DNA of 64,000 nucleotides from an uncultured Candidatus Saccharibacteria bacterium (GCA_964402895.1 CAYODR010000001.1:123002-187001), one strand, 5' to 3'. Positions 50,121 to 60,909 are shown, counted from the first letter of the stretch. Numbers and translations: made by a program. The notes: generated from the sequence alone by a model not told the origin.

Positions 50121-51797
50121 TTATTTCAATAAATCTAAATTCTCAGCATACCATTCTATCACTGGTCTCATTGCATAAGTTGCACCGCTTGAAGTTTTAG
50201 GACCATCTTCCATAAGTACAGTAAAGGCATACTTTGGATTCTCAGATGGGAAAAATCCTATAACCCATGAGTTTACTCTGGTATTAGATTTTATCTGTGC
50301 AGTACCAGTTTTGGCTGATACAGCCACAGCACTGTTTCTAAGTGGACCACCAGTACCCTCTGTCACCACCTGTCTCATACCTTCTTGAACAGCTTTATAA
50401 TGATTTGGTGCAATATCCAAAATATCTTGCCTCACTCTATTATTGAAATTTTTATGAATAGTTGGATTGACCAATTTCCCATTAGAAGAAATCCCCGCAA
50501 CCCCTCTTAATACTTGTATAGGCGTCACCTGCAGTCCATACTGACCAATAGATGTGTTATATGTATCTCCAACTCTCCAAGCATCACCATTAAATACGCG
50601 AGCTTTCCATTCAACACTTGGAATGACACCTTCAAGCTCCCCAGATATATCTATACCGGTCTTTTCTCCTAGGCCAAACATTCTAAAATATTTTTCAATG
50701 TTATTGATACCAATACCTCTTTGATCCCCAAAACCTCCACCTATTTGATAAAAATAAATGTTTGAAGAAACAGCAATAGCTTTGCGTAAATCCACATATC
50801 CATGAGAATCATTATCTTTAAAAATTGTAAACTCTTTTGGATTGTATGGATTTGGAATACGAAGCTCACCAGAACTAAATATATGCTTTCTCTCATCAAT
50901 CACACCCTCATTTAAAGCTGCAATTCCTAAAAATGGCTTAACAATAGATCCGGGAGTATAAAGACCCTCTGTCATACGATTCAAAAATACCTTGCCTGCC
51001 CCCTGCATATAGCTATTAATTGTCTCAACATCTTTTCCTAAAGATATAATACTTGAGTTGTATTCTGGATAACTCGTAATAGCGATAAGCTCTCCTGTCT
51101 CAATATCCATCACTGCTCCTCCCCCACCAACATATCCAGACCGCTCTGCTAAGCTTTTGATTCCATTAAATAAAGTTTCTTGAACTCTAGCATCAATAGA
51201 AAGATAGACATTGTCGCCCGGTGTTGGATACTCAACCACACTTCCAGATAAAATGTTTCCACTGACACTTGTCTCAATCAATCTCTTACCATTTTTTCCA
51301 GCAAGTTCTAAATCAAAATCTTTTTCAATCCCATCTTTTCCGACAATTCGCTCTCGCCAAAAATTCCCGTTATTGTCTTTTGCAGGATATGATACATAGC
51401 CAAGTAAACTAGAGAATCCTTCTTTCTTAATATATTCACGAAATGTCGGGACATCTTCATTGCCTAAACTATTCCAAATAAGCTCTACTCCATTTCTATC
51501 ATAAACAACACCTCTATCTGCAAATACAGGAATATGGTCTAAACTATTTTGTTCACTTCTTTTTGCATAAAATTCATGCTTAACTATTTGTATTTGACCA
51601 AGTCTACCTATAAAAAACAAAGAAATAAATATTACAAAAGCAAAAAGAATATTGAGCGATCTTTTAGAGATAGCGCGTTCAACACGACCCTCAAATTGCT
51701 GAGTATCGAAAGATGGAAGATTGTGTGAATCTATCAAAATCTCATCTGGATCTATTTTATAAACTTGATATTTCTTTTTTCCTCTCCACCAAATCAT
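50121..51797 (-). CDS. mrdA: Penicillin-binding protein 2 (class B transpeptidase, elongation type)
   Basis: SxxK (SIVKPF), SSN, and KTGTAQ motifs, with an N-terminal transmembrane segment. Confidence 0.8.
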   Translation of the reverse strand: MIWWRGKKKYQVYKIDPDEILIDSHNLPSFDTQQFEGRVERAISKRSLNILFAFVIFISLFFIGRLGQIQIVKHEFYAKRSEQNSLDHIPVFADRGVVYDRNGVELIWNSLGNEDVPTFREYIKKEGFSSLLGYVSYPAKDNNGNFWRERIVGKDGIEKDFDLELAGKNGKRLIETSVSGNILSGSVVEYPTPGDNVYLSIDARVQETLFNGIKSLAERSGYVGGGGAVMDIETGELIAITSYPEYNSSIISLGKDVETINSYMQGAGKVFLNRMTEGLYTPGSIVKPFLGIAALNEGVIDERKHIFSSGELRIPNPYNPKEFTIFKDNDSHGYVDLRKAIAVSSNIYFYQIGGGFGDQRGIGINNIEKYFRMFGLGEKTGIDISGELEGVIPSVEWKARVFNGDAWRVGDTYNTSIGQYGLQVTPIQVLRGVAGISSNGKLVNPTIHKNFNNRVRQDILDIAPNHYKAVQEGMRQVVTEGTGGPLRNSAVAVSAKTGTAQIKSNTRVNSWVIGFFPSENPKYAFTVLMEDGPKTSSGATYAMRPVIEWYAENLDLLK

Positions 51798-51800
51798 GAA

Positions 51801-52052
51801 TTAAATTCTCAATCTATTTAAAATAAATCTGTATAAAAGTATAAGTAAAACTGCGAAAATAGTATACTTAAAACTACTTATACTATAAGACCCGACAGAA
51901 TACAATGCGTCAGCAAATACGGCTGGAATTACTAAAAAAATATTTTTAGGAGCAAAAAACAATGAAATTATAAATATCGCTCCCTGCGCCCAAACAGGTA
52001 GCCATATTACAGAAAATAGTAAAATAACAACTAAGAGTAATGTCCTCAACAT
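51801..52052 (-). CDS. Small membrane protein, possibly MreD-like
   Basis: 83-aa protein with 2-3 transmembrane segments, directly upstream of the PBP2 gene. Confidence 0.3.
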   Translation of the reverse strand: MLRTLLLVVILLFSVIWLPVWAQGAIFIISLFFAPKNIFLVIPAVFADALYSVGSYSISSFKYTIFAVLLILLYRFILNRLRI

Positions 52053-52055
52053 TTA

Positions 52056-52511
52056 TTAACTATACCATTTAAAAGATATTTTTGATATAAATCTAGTAAT
52101 TAACAGAAAAACTAATATTATAAAAGTATAAAATACTAATTTATCTGAGAAAAAAGTCGCTAGTGGTATATAGATTATATATAGTACATAATCCATTGGA
52201 TTACCCATTTCTATCTTATCTTTAATTCTAGGATCATCTAAATCACCATATGATAGATTGGTCTCATTATTCATGAATTCACTATGACCATTTATCTTTA
52301 ATACTTTTTTCATCATATCTCGCTCTTTGGAAAAATATTCTGCTTTTTGTAATCTATATTTTTCAACTGCGATAAACACTTCATTAAAAAGTTCTAATAC
52401 TTGAGCTTTCGCATTTTGCCAGATGCTTTTATTGGGAGCATCTTGCGCTAGTGCATAATTTGAACCAAATAAAATAAAAGTTAAGAAAAAAGAAATGATG
52501 AGAATTTTCAT
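52056..52511 (-). CDS. Hypothetical protein with a signal peptide and a C-terminal transmembrane segment
   Basis: 151-aa ORF. Confidence 0.35.
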   Translation of the reverse strand: MKILIISFFLTFILFGSNYALAQDAPNKSIWQNAKAQVLELFNEVFIAVEKYRLQKAEYFSKERDMMKKVLKINGHSEFMNNETNLSYGDLDDPRIKDKIEMGNPMDYVLYIIYIPLATFFSDKLVFYTFIILVFLLITRFISKISFKWYS

Positions 52512-52517
52512 GGTATT

Positions 52518-53336
52518 TTATTTGAGAGTAAACACTGCGCGTACTGTCACTGTGATTTGTTTTTCAAGTTGAGATGTATCATACATTCCATAATCAGAAA
52601 TTTCAGTAGAATTTAGAGATTGAACTTGTACCACACCACTTGATGCACTTTTGATTGAACCTACCCTTTTGCCTGAGTTCTTGGCTATTTCACCAGCTCT
52701 CATTTTAGCATCAGCAATAGCATCTGATAAAAGACCTACTCTCACATCTGGAAGTTTTGAATAATAGTACTCAAGACTTCTAGCGGAAAAAATCACATTC
52801 TTATCAATGATCTGAGAAACATTTTCTGATGCTTTTTTGATCTTGCTGACATCATTAGATTGAACAACGATGTTTTGGGTTAAACTATAAAGTTTCTCTG
52901 CATTTTGATTTTGTTGATAAACTTCATACATAGAAATAGGACTTATCTCTAGCTCTTCCTCAGTAATACCCTGTCCTGCAAAAAAAGATTTTACTTGCAC
53001 TAAATCTTCTGACATTTTCGTATAACCACCTTTCAAGGCACTTTCACGAACAGTGCGAGAAAATTCTGAATTCCATTTTACCAAATCAGAAACCACCTCA
53101 ACCTTAGCTGAGCCTGTAACTGTCACAATGTCATTTTGGGCACGAATCTTAAATACAGTAAATGCGCCCATAAGCGTAGCGACTAAAAAACTTCCTCCTA
53201 AAATTATTCCTAACCAAACTATGGGGTGTGACTTTATATTATTCATATCTATATTATATATCTTTAATAATTGAATATCAAAGTATGTGGAAAAGAAAAA
53301 GTCGAGAGCATTGCTGCTCCCGACTGGTTGTTTCAA
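52518..53336 (-). CDS. SIMPL (DUF541)-like periplasmic protein
   Basis: Transmembrane anchor followed by ...ITVTGSAKVEVVSDLVKWNSEF... and a C-terminal ...QITVTVRAVFTLK consistent with SIMPL. Confidence 0.45.
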   Translation of the reverse strand: MKQPVGSSNALDFFFSTYFDIQLLKIYNIDMNNIKSHPIVWLGIILGGSFLVATLMGAFTVFKIRAQNDIVTVTGSAKVEVVSDLVKWNSEFSRTVRESALKGGYTKMSEDLVQVKSFFAGQGITEEELEISPISMYEVYQQNQNAEKLYSLTQNIVVQSNDVSKIKKASENVSQIIDKNVIFSARSLEYYYSKLPDVRVGLLSDAIADAKMRAGEIAKNSGKRVGSIKSASSGVVQVQSLNSTEISDYGMYDTSQLEKQITVTVRAVFTLK

Positions 53337-53351
53337 CCTTTAAAAAATATT

Positions 53352-53672
53352 TTATCTTTTTTTGACAAAATACTTTCTTGTAAAATCAGAACCATTAAAA
53401 GGTTCTTCAAATACAATTAAAGTATCTCCGTCAAAAAACTTTTCCTCTTCACTATAGATAGCAAATTCACTTTCGTAAAATTGCTTCCCTACATCATTCT
53501 TGATTTGAACCCAATCCTTAGAATCAGGATCATTTTGGTCCGTTTGCTGTACGGCTTCATGTTTTACCATGATCCATACAGTGGACTCTGTTGAATCTTG
53601 AGTTTTGGCACCAGCCAAAAACAAGGTTATCGCTACCAAAACGGCAACGATGAAGAATAAGATATTTTTCAT
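53352..53672 (-). CDS. Hypothetical secreted protein
   Basis: 106-aa ORF with a signal peptide. Confidence 0.4.
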   Translation of the reverse strand: MKNILFFIVAVLVAITLFLAGAKTQDSTESTVWIMVKHEAVQQTDQNDPDSKDWVQIKNDVGKQFYESEFAIYSEEEKFFDGDTLIVFEEPFNGSDFTRKYFVKKR

Positions 53673-53815
53673 AACTTTTATTATATGTAAATGTTCTAGC
53701 CCCTACTCCTTCTTTAATCATATCATATATGATTGTAATTGTCAAACCTAATTTCATATAGTATATATTTTCTTGCAAACTTTCTAAAATAGAGTAAAAT
53801 GTCTATGTTCTAGTT

Positions 53816-53888
53816 GGGCCCTTAGCTTAGTTGGTAGAGCGCTGCTTTTGCAAAGCAGAGGTCAGGAGTTCGAATCTCCTAGGGTCCA
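53816..53888 (+). tRNA. tRNA-Ala (anticodon TGC)
   Basis: Acceptor gggccct/agggtcc, anticodon stem-loop ctgct-ttTGCaa-agcag, T-loop gagTTCGAAtctc. Confidence 0.8.
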
Positions 53889-54280
53889 CAGACAAATAGG
53901 CGTTAAGCCTATTTTTTATTGGAGCCTAAAGATAAAATAAACAAAAGGTCCTAAAGTGTTTTAATTTGATAAAAAACTTTAGGACCAATTTTAATAGGTT
54001 CGTAACGCGCTGACATTTTGAGATACTTTGTTTGCTCCATTTATAACGAAATCCATAATAAATGCCGAAGCGTAAAACATGAAAATCAATACGATTATTA
54101 AGATGCTTATTGCTCCTAATAATTCCCAAACAGAGGTCCTTGACTCCTGTTTTTCTAAAATCTCTTTTTCCATAAGTTCTATATTTGGTTTAATTTAAGT
54201 ATAGCAATAAAAATACAAAAGGAAACCCCAGCACTTAAGGACAATATTATTGTTCTTAAGTGCTGGGGGATTTAAGTTTT

Positions 54281-54556
54281 TTAGAACCTGCCATAATATT
54301 TATTTCTTTTTCTTATTTTCTCTTTTAACTCCATGAAGAAGTGCAGAGATGCTATAAGAGATACAATGGCAGCCGTAAAAAACAGCGGTGTAGACAGAGG
54401 GAGGCTATAAAAATACAACCCAGACGATGTATGTCTGAAAATCCCTTCAAACTTAAAAATTTCAAAAGTTCCGAATAGTATCATTGCAGATACTATAAAA
54501 ACAATCAGACTTGCTACAAGCCCTAAGAGTGTCTTTTTTATTTTAAGTCTTCTCAT
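54281..54556 (-). CDS. Hypothetical small membrane protein
   Basis: 91-aa ORF with 2 transmembrane segments. Confidence 0.3.
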   Translation of the reverse strand: MRRLKIKKTLLGLVASLIVFIVSAMILFGTFEIFKFEGIFRHTSSGLYFYSLPLSTPLFFTAAIVSLIASLHFFMELKEKIRKRNKYYGRF

Positions 54557-54606
54557 ATGTAAGGTATTTATATATGAGATTAACAGAAAATCTTAAAAGG
54601 TCAATT

Positions 54607-55053
54607 TTATTTTTTGACTATTTCAAGTTCAAATTGACTGGAGAAATCTCCATCAGATACATCTACTTTATATATTCCTAGGCTTTTTATGGCACCACCT
54701 TGCACTTTTAAATACTTTGAATCCATCAAGATATCATATTCATCTTTGATAATCTTTGAAATATCTTTTTCATCAATTTTAGAAAATAGATTGCCCTTTT
54801 CATTTACCGGCACAGCTATCTGAACTTTTAAATTTTGAAGTTCAGCGATGGCCCTATCTAGCAAATTGTGCTGAATGTCTTTCTCAGCTACTTTTTGTTG
54901 TTGGCGCACCCTAAGAGCGTCAATCACTGCCGGTGTTGCTACAACAGCTAGCTTCTTGGGAAAAAGCGCATTGTTTGCATATCCCTGATTGACTTCAATA
55001 ATATCATCTTTTTTACCAAGCTTAGGAATATTTTTCAATAAAATAACTTTCAT
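54607..55053 (-). CDS. rplI: 50S ribosomal protein L9
   Basis: MKVILLKNIPKLGKKDDIIEVNQGYANNALFPKKLA... is the L9 N-domain; the start is taken at MKV. Confidence 0.85.
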   Translation of the reverse strand: MKVILLKNIPKLGKKDDIIEVNQGYANNALFPKKLAVVATPAVIDALRVRQQQKVAEKDIQHNLLDRAIAELQNLKVQIAVPVNEKGNLFSKIDEKDISKIIKDEYDILMDSKYLKVQGGAIKSLGIYKVDVSDGDFSSQFELEIVKK

Positions 55054-55054
55054 A

Positions 55055-56263
55055 CTATTCAAATAATTTTAGAGTTTCTGCTAATTGATTGTCTCCTTCT
55101 ATTTCTGGATCGTTTTTAATAATAATTTTTGGAGTTAGACCATTATCCGAGATAGATATATCGTTTGGTGTATACCATTTTGCAATAGTTACTTTCATAG
55201 ATGTATCTTTGGTAATAGACACGAGCTCTTGCACAGATCCTTTACCAAAAGTATTAGTTCCAACAAGCATTCCTATGCCGTGCTCACTCAATGCTCCAGC
55301 TAAAATCTCACCAGATGATGCTGTACCCTTGTCTACCAAGATGATAAGTCTATGTCCTTGTGGGAATATTGTACCGCCCCTACTTCTATGAATTACAGCT
55401 TTTTCTTTGTCTTTACCTATTTCTTTAAGTACCACTTTCCCTTCTGGTACAAACATACTAGCAATCTCCACAGCAGCATCTACATATCCACCTGGGTTAC
55501 CTCTTAAGTCTAAAACCAATTTATTTTTACCTGAAATCAAATATTCATTTAAAGCTTCTTTGAACTGTTTACTTGATTGAGCTGAAAAATTATAAAGACT
55601 CAGTACAAAAACATCGCCCTTTATTTCTGTATTTACAATAGGAATATTTATTTTGCTACGAGTAATATTAAAAACTTTTGGTGTATTAAAACCCTCTCTT
55701 AAAATAGTTAGACTGACTTGTGTTCCCTCTTCCCCGCGAATCATTTTTGCAGATTCATCTACACTAATATTTGATGTGAGAGTGTCATTGATCTTCAAGA
55801 TTTTGTCTCCAGAAAGAATACCTGCATGGTATGCTGGAGTATTTTTAAGTGGAGATACCACTGTGAGAGTATTGTCCTTTTCTGCTAGCTCAATACCGAC
55901 GCCCACAAAGGTCCCGCTGATATCTTCTTTAAAAGATGAATTTTCTTTTGGATCTAAAAATGTAGTGTAAGGATCGCCAAAAGATGCAAGCATACCTTCA
56001 ATCGCACCATAAACACGATCTTGATAAGAAACATTTTGTGAATCTGGGAATTTTTCTTGTGCCAATTGCCAAGCTTTCCAGAAGGGCTCAAAATCCACAC
56101 CCTCAGAAGCCATGGTTTCTTTATTTACAAGACCAGTAATCTTTTTTACCTCTGGACCTTTTTCTGTACCTATATAGATACCACCCAAAAACAAAGCGAC
56201 GCCTATCACAAGTGAGCCGATAATTCCTCCTTTATTTTTTAATTTGTTAGATTTTATTTCCAT
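55055..56263 (-). CDS. ctpA: S41-family C-terminal processing peptidase (CtpA/Prc-like) with a PDZ domain
   Basis: PDZ sequence (GVGIELAEKDNTLTVVSPLKNTPAYHAGILSGDKI) and S41 motifs LVLDLRGNPGGY and DKGTASSGEILAGAL. Confidence 0.85.
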   Translation of the reverse strand: MEIKSNKLKNKGGIIGSLVIGVALFLGGIYIGTEKGPEVKKITGLVNKETMASEGVDFEPFWKAWQLAQEKFPDSQNVSYQDRVYGAIEGMLASFGDPYTTFLDPKENSSFKEDISGTFVGVGIELAEKDNTLTVVSPLKNTPAYHAGILSGDKILKINDTLTSNISVDESAKMIRGEEGTQVSLTILREGFNTPKVFNITRSKINIPIVNTEIKGDVFVLSLYNFSAQSSKQFKEALNEYLISGKNKLVLDLRGNPGGYVDAAVEIASMFVPEGKVVLKEIGKDKEKAVIHRSRGGTIFPQGHRLIILVDKGTASSGEILAGALSEHGIGMLVGTNTFGKGSVQELVSITKDTSMKVTIAKWYTPNDISISDNGLTPKIIIKNDPEIEGDNQLAETLKLFE

Positions 56264-56277
56264 AAAAATATTATAAC

Positions 56278-56979
56278 TTATCTATAGTATATTGGCGATA
56301 CCACAATACAAAACTCTCCGCGAACCCTATCTTTATTATCATTAAAATACTCAAGCATTTCTTTAGATGTACCTCTGGGGTATTCTTCAAAAGCTTTAGT
56401 CATTTCTCTGCCAATCATGATGTGCCTATCTGGTATCACAGAAACCAAGGACTCCAGTGCCTTTATAACCCTATGAGGTGATTCATAAAAAACAACAGCA
56501 TGCTCAGTATTTTTTATTTTTTCAAAGAAAGTAAGTCGCCCTTTCTTGTGTGGAACAAAGCCTAAAAATTCAAAATGATTTACCGGAAAACCCGAAACAG
56601 ATATCCCCGTAACCAAAGCAGATACTCCGGGTATTGGATAAACATTTGCATCTTTATAAGTCTTTCTAAAAGTATCAACAAAAAGTGACCCCGGATCAGA
56701 AATAGCTGGAGTACCCGCATCTGTCATGAGCGATACATGTTCATGATTTACAGATTCAAGAATAGCTTTCTGCATTGCAAAATCAGAACTTTGTGCATGC
56801 ATGGCCAAAAAGTTTTTTCCACTCAGTGAAATTTCTAAAAGATTAAAAAGCTTCTTTGCTACCCGTGTATCTTCAGCAAGTATTAAAGTAGACTTTTCAA
56901 GTATTTCTTTCGCGCGAATTGTAATGTCTTTAATATTTCCTATCGGAGTTGCAACTACATAAAGACTAGGCGAATTCAT
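56278..56979 (-). CDS. rsmI: 16S rRNA (cytidine1402-2'-O)-methyltransferase RsmI
   Basis: LYVVATPIGNIKDITIRAKEIL...LILAEDTR (tetrapyrrole-methylase fold, RsmI signature). Confidence 0.85.
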   Translation of the reverse strand: MNSPSLYVVATPIGNIKDITIRAKEILEKSTLILAEDTRVAKKLFNLLEISLSGKNFLAMHAQSSDFAMQKAILESVNHEHVSLMTDAGTPAISDPGSLFVDTFRKTYKDANVYPIPGVSALVTGISVSGFPVNHFEFLGFVPHKKGRLTFFEKIKNTEHAVVFYESPHRVIKALESLVSVIPDRHIMIGREMTKAFEEYPRGTSKEMLEYFNDNKDRVRGEFCIVVSPIYYR

Positions 56980-56980
56980 G

Positions 56981-57052
56981 TGCGTGTACTTGGAATCGGA
57001 CCAAGGACCTCTGTCTTATCAGGACAGCGTTCTACCACTGAACTATACACGC
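56981..57052 (-). tRNA. tRNA-Ile (anticodon GAT)
   Basis: Reverse complement gives gcgtgta-ta-gttcagtggtagaac-g-ctgtc-ctGATaa-gacag-aggtc-cttgg-tccgatt-ccaag-tacacgc-a. Confidence 0.75.
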
Positions 57053-57067
57053 AAGTGTTAAATAAAG

Positions 57068-57131
57068 CTGTATGTCTGGAATCGGGGCGTCTGTTTTTCA
57101 GGCAACGATTCTATTATGAACTATACACGCG
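57068..57131 (-). pseudogene. Degenerate tandem copy of the tRNA-Ile gene (pseudo-tRNA or duplicated remnant)
   Basis: Shares gcgtgtatagttca (5' end), tggaatcgg (T-arm) and a ct..tt.tcagg anticodon-arm remnant with the adjacent tRNA, but the stems no longer pair. Confidence 0.35.
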
Positions 57132-57203
57132 TAAACTAAAGCTTAAAAAAGCTGAATCTCATTATAACAAAATATCAAACTTTTTCAAGTTTGATATTTT
57201 ATA

Positions 57204-57701
57204 TTAAAAATTACACCTAGGATTAGATACATACCAACCTAAATCTTCTGGATATACTCCTGTTTTACAATAACCACTATTTTCAAGATATACTCTTATA
57301 GCAAACTTGTCTTTATCTATAACACTTGAAATCATTTTATAAGCTTCATTGCCACTTATATATTTAGGATCTTTTGGAATTTCAGATATATAATTAGGAA
57401 CGAGATCTGTTTCATAAAAACTCATATCATAATATAAATCACCAGAACCAGGGCTTTTTTGTGCTGGATATCTACCATGATCCATATAATACATATTCAT
57501 AGCCATTTGTACTTGTTTGATATCTGAAATCCTCTTTGCATCTCTCGCCCTACTTCTCGCACTATTTAAATTTGCAATCACAACTGTAGCTAATATTCCG
57601 ATAATTGCAATGACTACTAGGAGCTCAATGAGAGTGAAGGCTCTACTTTTTAGTGTATATCCCCCCCCTACACTTTTTGAAAGGTTGGTTAATTTTTTCA
57701 T
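57204..57701 (-). CDS. Type IV pilin-like protein (the start is taken at MKKLTNLSKS; the ORF-track extension to 57737 covers the promoter)
   Basis: Leader [21 protein letters not shown]|[19 protein letters not shown], with a TATAAT 8 nt upstream of the ATG. Confidence 0.75.
   Translation of the reverse strand: MKKLTNLSKSVGGGYTLKSRAFTLIELLVVIAIIGILATVVIANLNSARSRARDAKRISDIKQVQMAMNMYYMDHGRYPAQKSPGSGDLYYDMSFYETDLVPNYISEIPKDPKYISGNEAYKMISSVIDKDKFAIRVYLENSGYCKTGVYPEDLGWYVSNPRCNF
57661..57668 (-). repeat. Poly-G tract (8 nt) encoding Gly-Gly-Gly in this pilin
   Basis: The plus strand shows cccccccc; the gene is in frame with 8 G. Confidence 0.6.
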
Positions 57702-57725
57702 GGTTTTATTATAACATATAGCATT

Positions 57726-57840
57726 AGTCCCAAACAATACATCCTATGAAGAGACTTAGCTTCGGCTGACTGAGCCGAGCACAGGAAAAAATCAGCAGAT
57801 TTTTATCCGTGTCTCTTCATAGGATGTATTGTTTGGGACT
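57726..57840. repeat. Hairpin element C1 (type II; 30-bp perfect arms; loop with GGCTGACTGAGCCGAG and inner hairpin aaaaatc-agca-gattttt)
   Basis: The arms atgtcccaaacaatacatcctatgaagagac and gtctcttcataggatgtattgtttgggacat are exact reverse complements. The pilin -35 box (TTGTTT) lies in the proximal arm. Confidence 0.6.
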
Positions 57841-57934
57841 TTTATCTTTACTAACGGAAAATAAAGCTTTTTGTATTTATTAAATTAAAACCGAAGAAAC
57901 TACATTGCTTATTTTTAGACTTGCGGAAAACGAG

Positions 57935-58039
57935 AAACCAAATATGTCCTTCTGGGGGACTTGCGCAGGCTGACTGAGCCGAGCATAGCGATTTTTCCTC
58001 AGAAAAATACGCGTGCCCCCAGAAGGACATATTTGGTTT
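57935..58039. repeat. Hairpin element C2 (type I; arms ccaaatatgtccttctggggg / cccccagaaggacatatttgg; core GGCTGACTGAGCCGAGCATAGC)
   Basis: Read directly from the sequence; homologous to A2 and B1. Confidence 0.6.
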
Positions 58040-58132
58040 TGGGTTTTTATTTATAAATAAGCAATATAGTTTTTTCGGTTTTTTCTAGATAATTAAAAAA
58101 CCGCCGAAGCGGTTTTTTGTTTTAGTATTCAA

Positions 58133-59098
58133 TTACTCCTCCTCTGCATCCCCAGTCTCGCCAGATTGAAGAGCTTCTATTATCTTTTCTATCTTACCAA
58201 GCATGATACCTTCAATATTTGACCAACTTTGTTTAATGCGATGATCTGTGACACGATCCTGGGGGAAATTATATGTACGAATTTTTTCACTTCTATCACC
58301 CGTCCCAATCTGACTCTTTCTCTCACCATCATATTTTTTAGCTTCTTCTTCCTCTTTCATTTGTTGAAGCTTAGCCTGAAGAATAGCTAAAGCTTTTTCA
58401 CGGTTTGCTAACTGTGATCGTTCACTGGTAGAGCGGACATCTATACCAGTCGGCCTGTGAATAAGTCGAACTGCTGTTTCAACCTTGTTTACATTTTGAC
58501 CACCCGCACCACCTGAACGAGAATACTCCATATCTAAATCTGTAGGATTAATCTCAAATTTTACTTTTTTACGAATAGGCAATACTGCAATAGAAGCAGT
58601 AGAAGTATGAATGCGGCCATTCTTCTCTGTTGCAGGTACTCTCTGTACACGATGTACTCCTGTCTCATACCGAAGTAATTTATAAACATCCTTTCCTCTG
58701 ATTTCAATAGAAGCAGTTTTATATCCACCGATATCATTGATAGAAGCTTCAACAATCTTAGAAGACCAGCCGGTGTTCTCAGCATATCTTTGGTACATCT
58801 CTACTAGCTGATAAGCAAAAAGTGCTGCTTCATCTCCTCCAGCACCCGCACGAGCTTCAAGAATGATTTCATTTGGAAATTCTTCTTCCTCTTTTTCAGA
58901 TTGCTCTATTGCTTTTATTTGATTTTCTAAACTTTTCTTTTGTTCTTCAAAAGATTTAAGCTCATCTTCTGCGAGCTCTCTCATAGATTCATCTGTTTCA
59001 GCTAAAAGCTTCACATCTTCTTCTTGTTTTAAGATGCGTTCATACTCTTCAGCAATATATTGAGTTTTAGGATTCTTTTTTAATTCTTCTAAATTCAT
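58133..59098 (-). CDS. prfA: Peptide chain release factor 1
   Basis: GGQ motif ([18 protein letters not shown]) and the PxT tripeptide (RVQRVPATE). Confidence 0.85.
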   Translation of the reverse strand: MNLEELKKNPKTQYIAEEYERILKQEEDVKLLAETDESMRELAEDELKSFEEQKKSLENQIKAIEQSEKEEEEFPNEIILEARAGAGGDEAALFAYQLVEMYQRYAENTGWSSKIVEASINDIGGYKTASIEIRGKDVYKLLRYETGVHRVQRVPATEKNGRIHTSTASIAVLPIRKKVKFEINPTDLDMEYSRSGGAGGQNVNKVETAVRLIHRPTGIDVRSTSERSQLANREKALAILQAKLQQMKEEEEAKKYDGERKSQIGTGDRSEKIRTYNFPQDRVTDHRIKQSWSNIEGIMLGKIEKIIEALQSGETGDAEEE

Positions 59099-59161
59099 AA
59101 CTTTTTATATCTTAGCAAAAGTACAATAGAAAAAGCCACTTTGTGGCTTTTTCTGAGGGTG

Positions 59162-59413
59162 TTATTTTGCAGCTTGTGCAGCGCGACGCTTGAAACGATC
59201 AACACGACCAGCAGTGTCAATAACTTTCTCATTACCTGTATAGAATGGGTGTGAAGCACTTGAGATTTCTACACGATATAATGGGTATTCTTTACCATCA
59301 ATAGTAGTTGTTTCTGTAGTCTTAACAGTAGAACTAACGATAAAATTAGTTTCTGAAGAGTTATCATGAAATACTACTTCTCTATAATTGTTTGGGTGGA
59401 TGTCTTTTTTCAT
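59162..59413 (-). CDS. rpmE: 50S ribosomal protein L31 (type B, no Cys4 zinc motif)
   Basis: [15 protein letters not shown]...[23 protein letters not shown]. Confidence 0.85.
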   Translation of the reverse strand: MKKDIHPNNYREVVFHDNSSETNFIVSSTVKTTETTTIDGKEYPLYRVEISSASHPFYTGNEKVIDTAGRVDRFKRRAAQAAK

Positions 59414-59466
59414 ACGGGCTATTATAGCATAATCATTTTTCTTTTCAAGTTTTTGGTATCCAAAAA

Positions 59467-60867
59467 TTATCTTCTAGAAACACCATAAGTATTTAGATAG
59501 TCAATATCTGCTTGCAGGGTTCTGGTAAGCGCGACAACGCTATTTCCATAAGAAGCAATCGCTGCGCTTGTTGCACATCCCCTACCTGAATAATATCTAC
59601 AAGCTGCCTCTCTTTCGTTTGTGGCTGCGCCATTGTCTCTATGTAGCATACTTGATGCCATGATAGCATCTCGCGCAATCCATGGGTTTGCTGTTGATTT
59701 TCCAAGTGCTGCTGCTACTCTTGGAGCATAAGATATCCATGTAGATGGGATAAACTGTGCGGGCCCCATCGCTCCTCCCCAACCTCCTACACTTGCAATT
59801 CTACAAGATATAGGAGTTGTATTTGGATCCATACCTAATGCTGTTGTGATTTGAATAAATAGACTTTGATCATCTCTACCAGACCTTCCTGCAGCTTTAT
59901 CTGCTGGTCCTGGCATCTGAACCTTGTAGCTCTTCTCTGGCGGGTCTCCCGCTCTATTACAAGTACCGACATTGGCACCCAGATTACTTTCTTGAGTAAG
60001 GGTTGCAAGTACAAAAGCAGCACTTACCCCCGTCACTTTTTGTGCTTCAAGCGCATATTCATAAGCCTCCTTAAATGGAATAGCCTTTGTTGCACCTCCA
60101 GCAAATGTAAAGAGTCTACTTTGGATTTCAGCAACTTTCTTTTGTTGCTCTGCCACAAGCGCAGCTTTCTTTTGCTCTTCTGTCTTACTTGTATCTAATA
60201 ATTGTTGAGCTTGCCTTTGAGAATCTGAAAGTTTTCCTCTTTCACCTTCAAGCGCATTTTTAGCATCAAGTGCTTGAGATTGCTTGTCTCTAAGATTTTG
60301 TTTTTCTTTTTCTGTAAGATTTTTAATTTTCTTAACCTGTGTCAAAGAATCATAAAGAGAAGCCTTAATAGAAAGAAAGTCATCTAAATCTTGATAAAAT
60401 TCACTAACAGAATCTGATGAAAAAAGTACATAAGCTGCCCCTTTTTGATCAAGTTCATTGGTACGCTTGATCAATTGCTCAAGAGAAGCTCTTTCGCGCA
60501 TTAGCTCACTTTCAAGCGTAGATATAGCTTCTTCTTTTTTACCAATTTCTTGACTCAATCTGCTGATATTGTTGATCTGAGTAGTGATTTTGGCTTGAGT
60601 ATTTTTAATCTGAGTCAAAAGAGTATTAACATCTTTTTGTAGAACTCCTGTTTTATTTTTCTGTTCATTAAGTTGAACTTGTAGTCTAGCTAGAGCCGCA
60701 GCTTCGGCTGCATACTCAGCACAAGCTTTTCTGACATCTTCTGAGGTTGGATTATTACAAACAGCTGGAGTTTGTGCATGTGTGTTATTTGTAAAAGAAA
60801 CTCCAAACAAAAATAGTGCTATAAATGTTAAAAATATTTTCTTCGTCATACTAAATAAGACCTCCAT
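59467..60867 (-). CDS. Secreted coiled-coil protein with a C-terminal lytic-transglycosylase (MltB/Slt-like) domain
   Basis: Signal peptide, a long coiled coil, and C-terminal ...[17 protein letters not shown]...[15 protein letters not shown] resembling MltB-family motifs. Confidence 0.5.
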   Translation of the reverse strand: MEVLFSMTKKIFLTFIALFLFGVSFTNNTHAQTPAVCNNPTSEDVRKACAEYAAEAAALARLQVQLNEQKNKTGVLQKDVNTLLTQIKNTQAKITTQINNISRLSQEIGKKEEAISTLESELMRERASLEQLIKRTNELDQKGAAYVLFSSDSVSEFYQDLDDFLSIKASLYDSLTQVKKIKNLTEKEKQNLRDKQSQALDAKNALEGERGKLSDSQRQAQQLLDTSKTEEQKKAALVAEQQKKVAEIQSRLFTFAGGATKAIPFKEAYEYALEAQKVTGVSAAFVLATLTQESNLGANVGTCNRAGDPPEKSYKVQMPGPADKAAGRSGRDDQSLFIQITTALGMDPNTTPISCRIASVGGWGGAMGPAQFIPSTWISYAPRVAAALGKSTANPWIARDAIMASSMLHRDNGAATNEREAACRYYSGRGCATSAAIASYGNSVVALTRTLQADIDYLNTYGVSRR

Positions 60868-60909
60868 TATACCAGAGATCTTACATAGATACCGTATTGA
60901 CAGTCTAGA

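Noticed and set aside
57068-57131. A second functional tRNA downstream of tRNA-Ile
   Set aside because: The acceptor, anticodon and T stems cannot pair. Only fragments of the tRNA-Ile sequence are retained, so it is a degenerate copy or scar.
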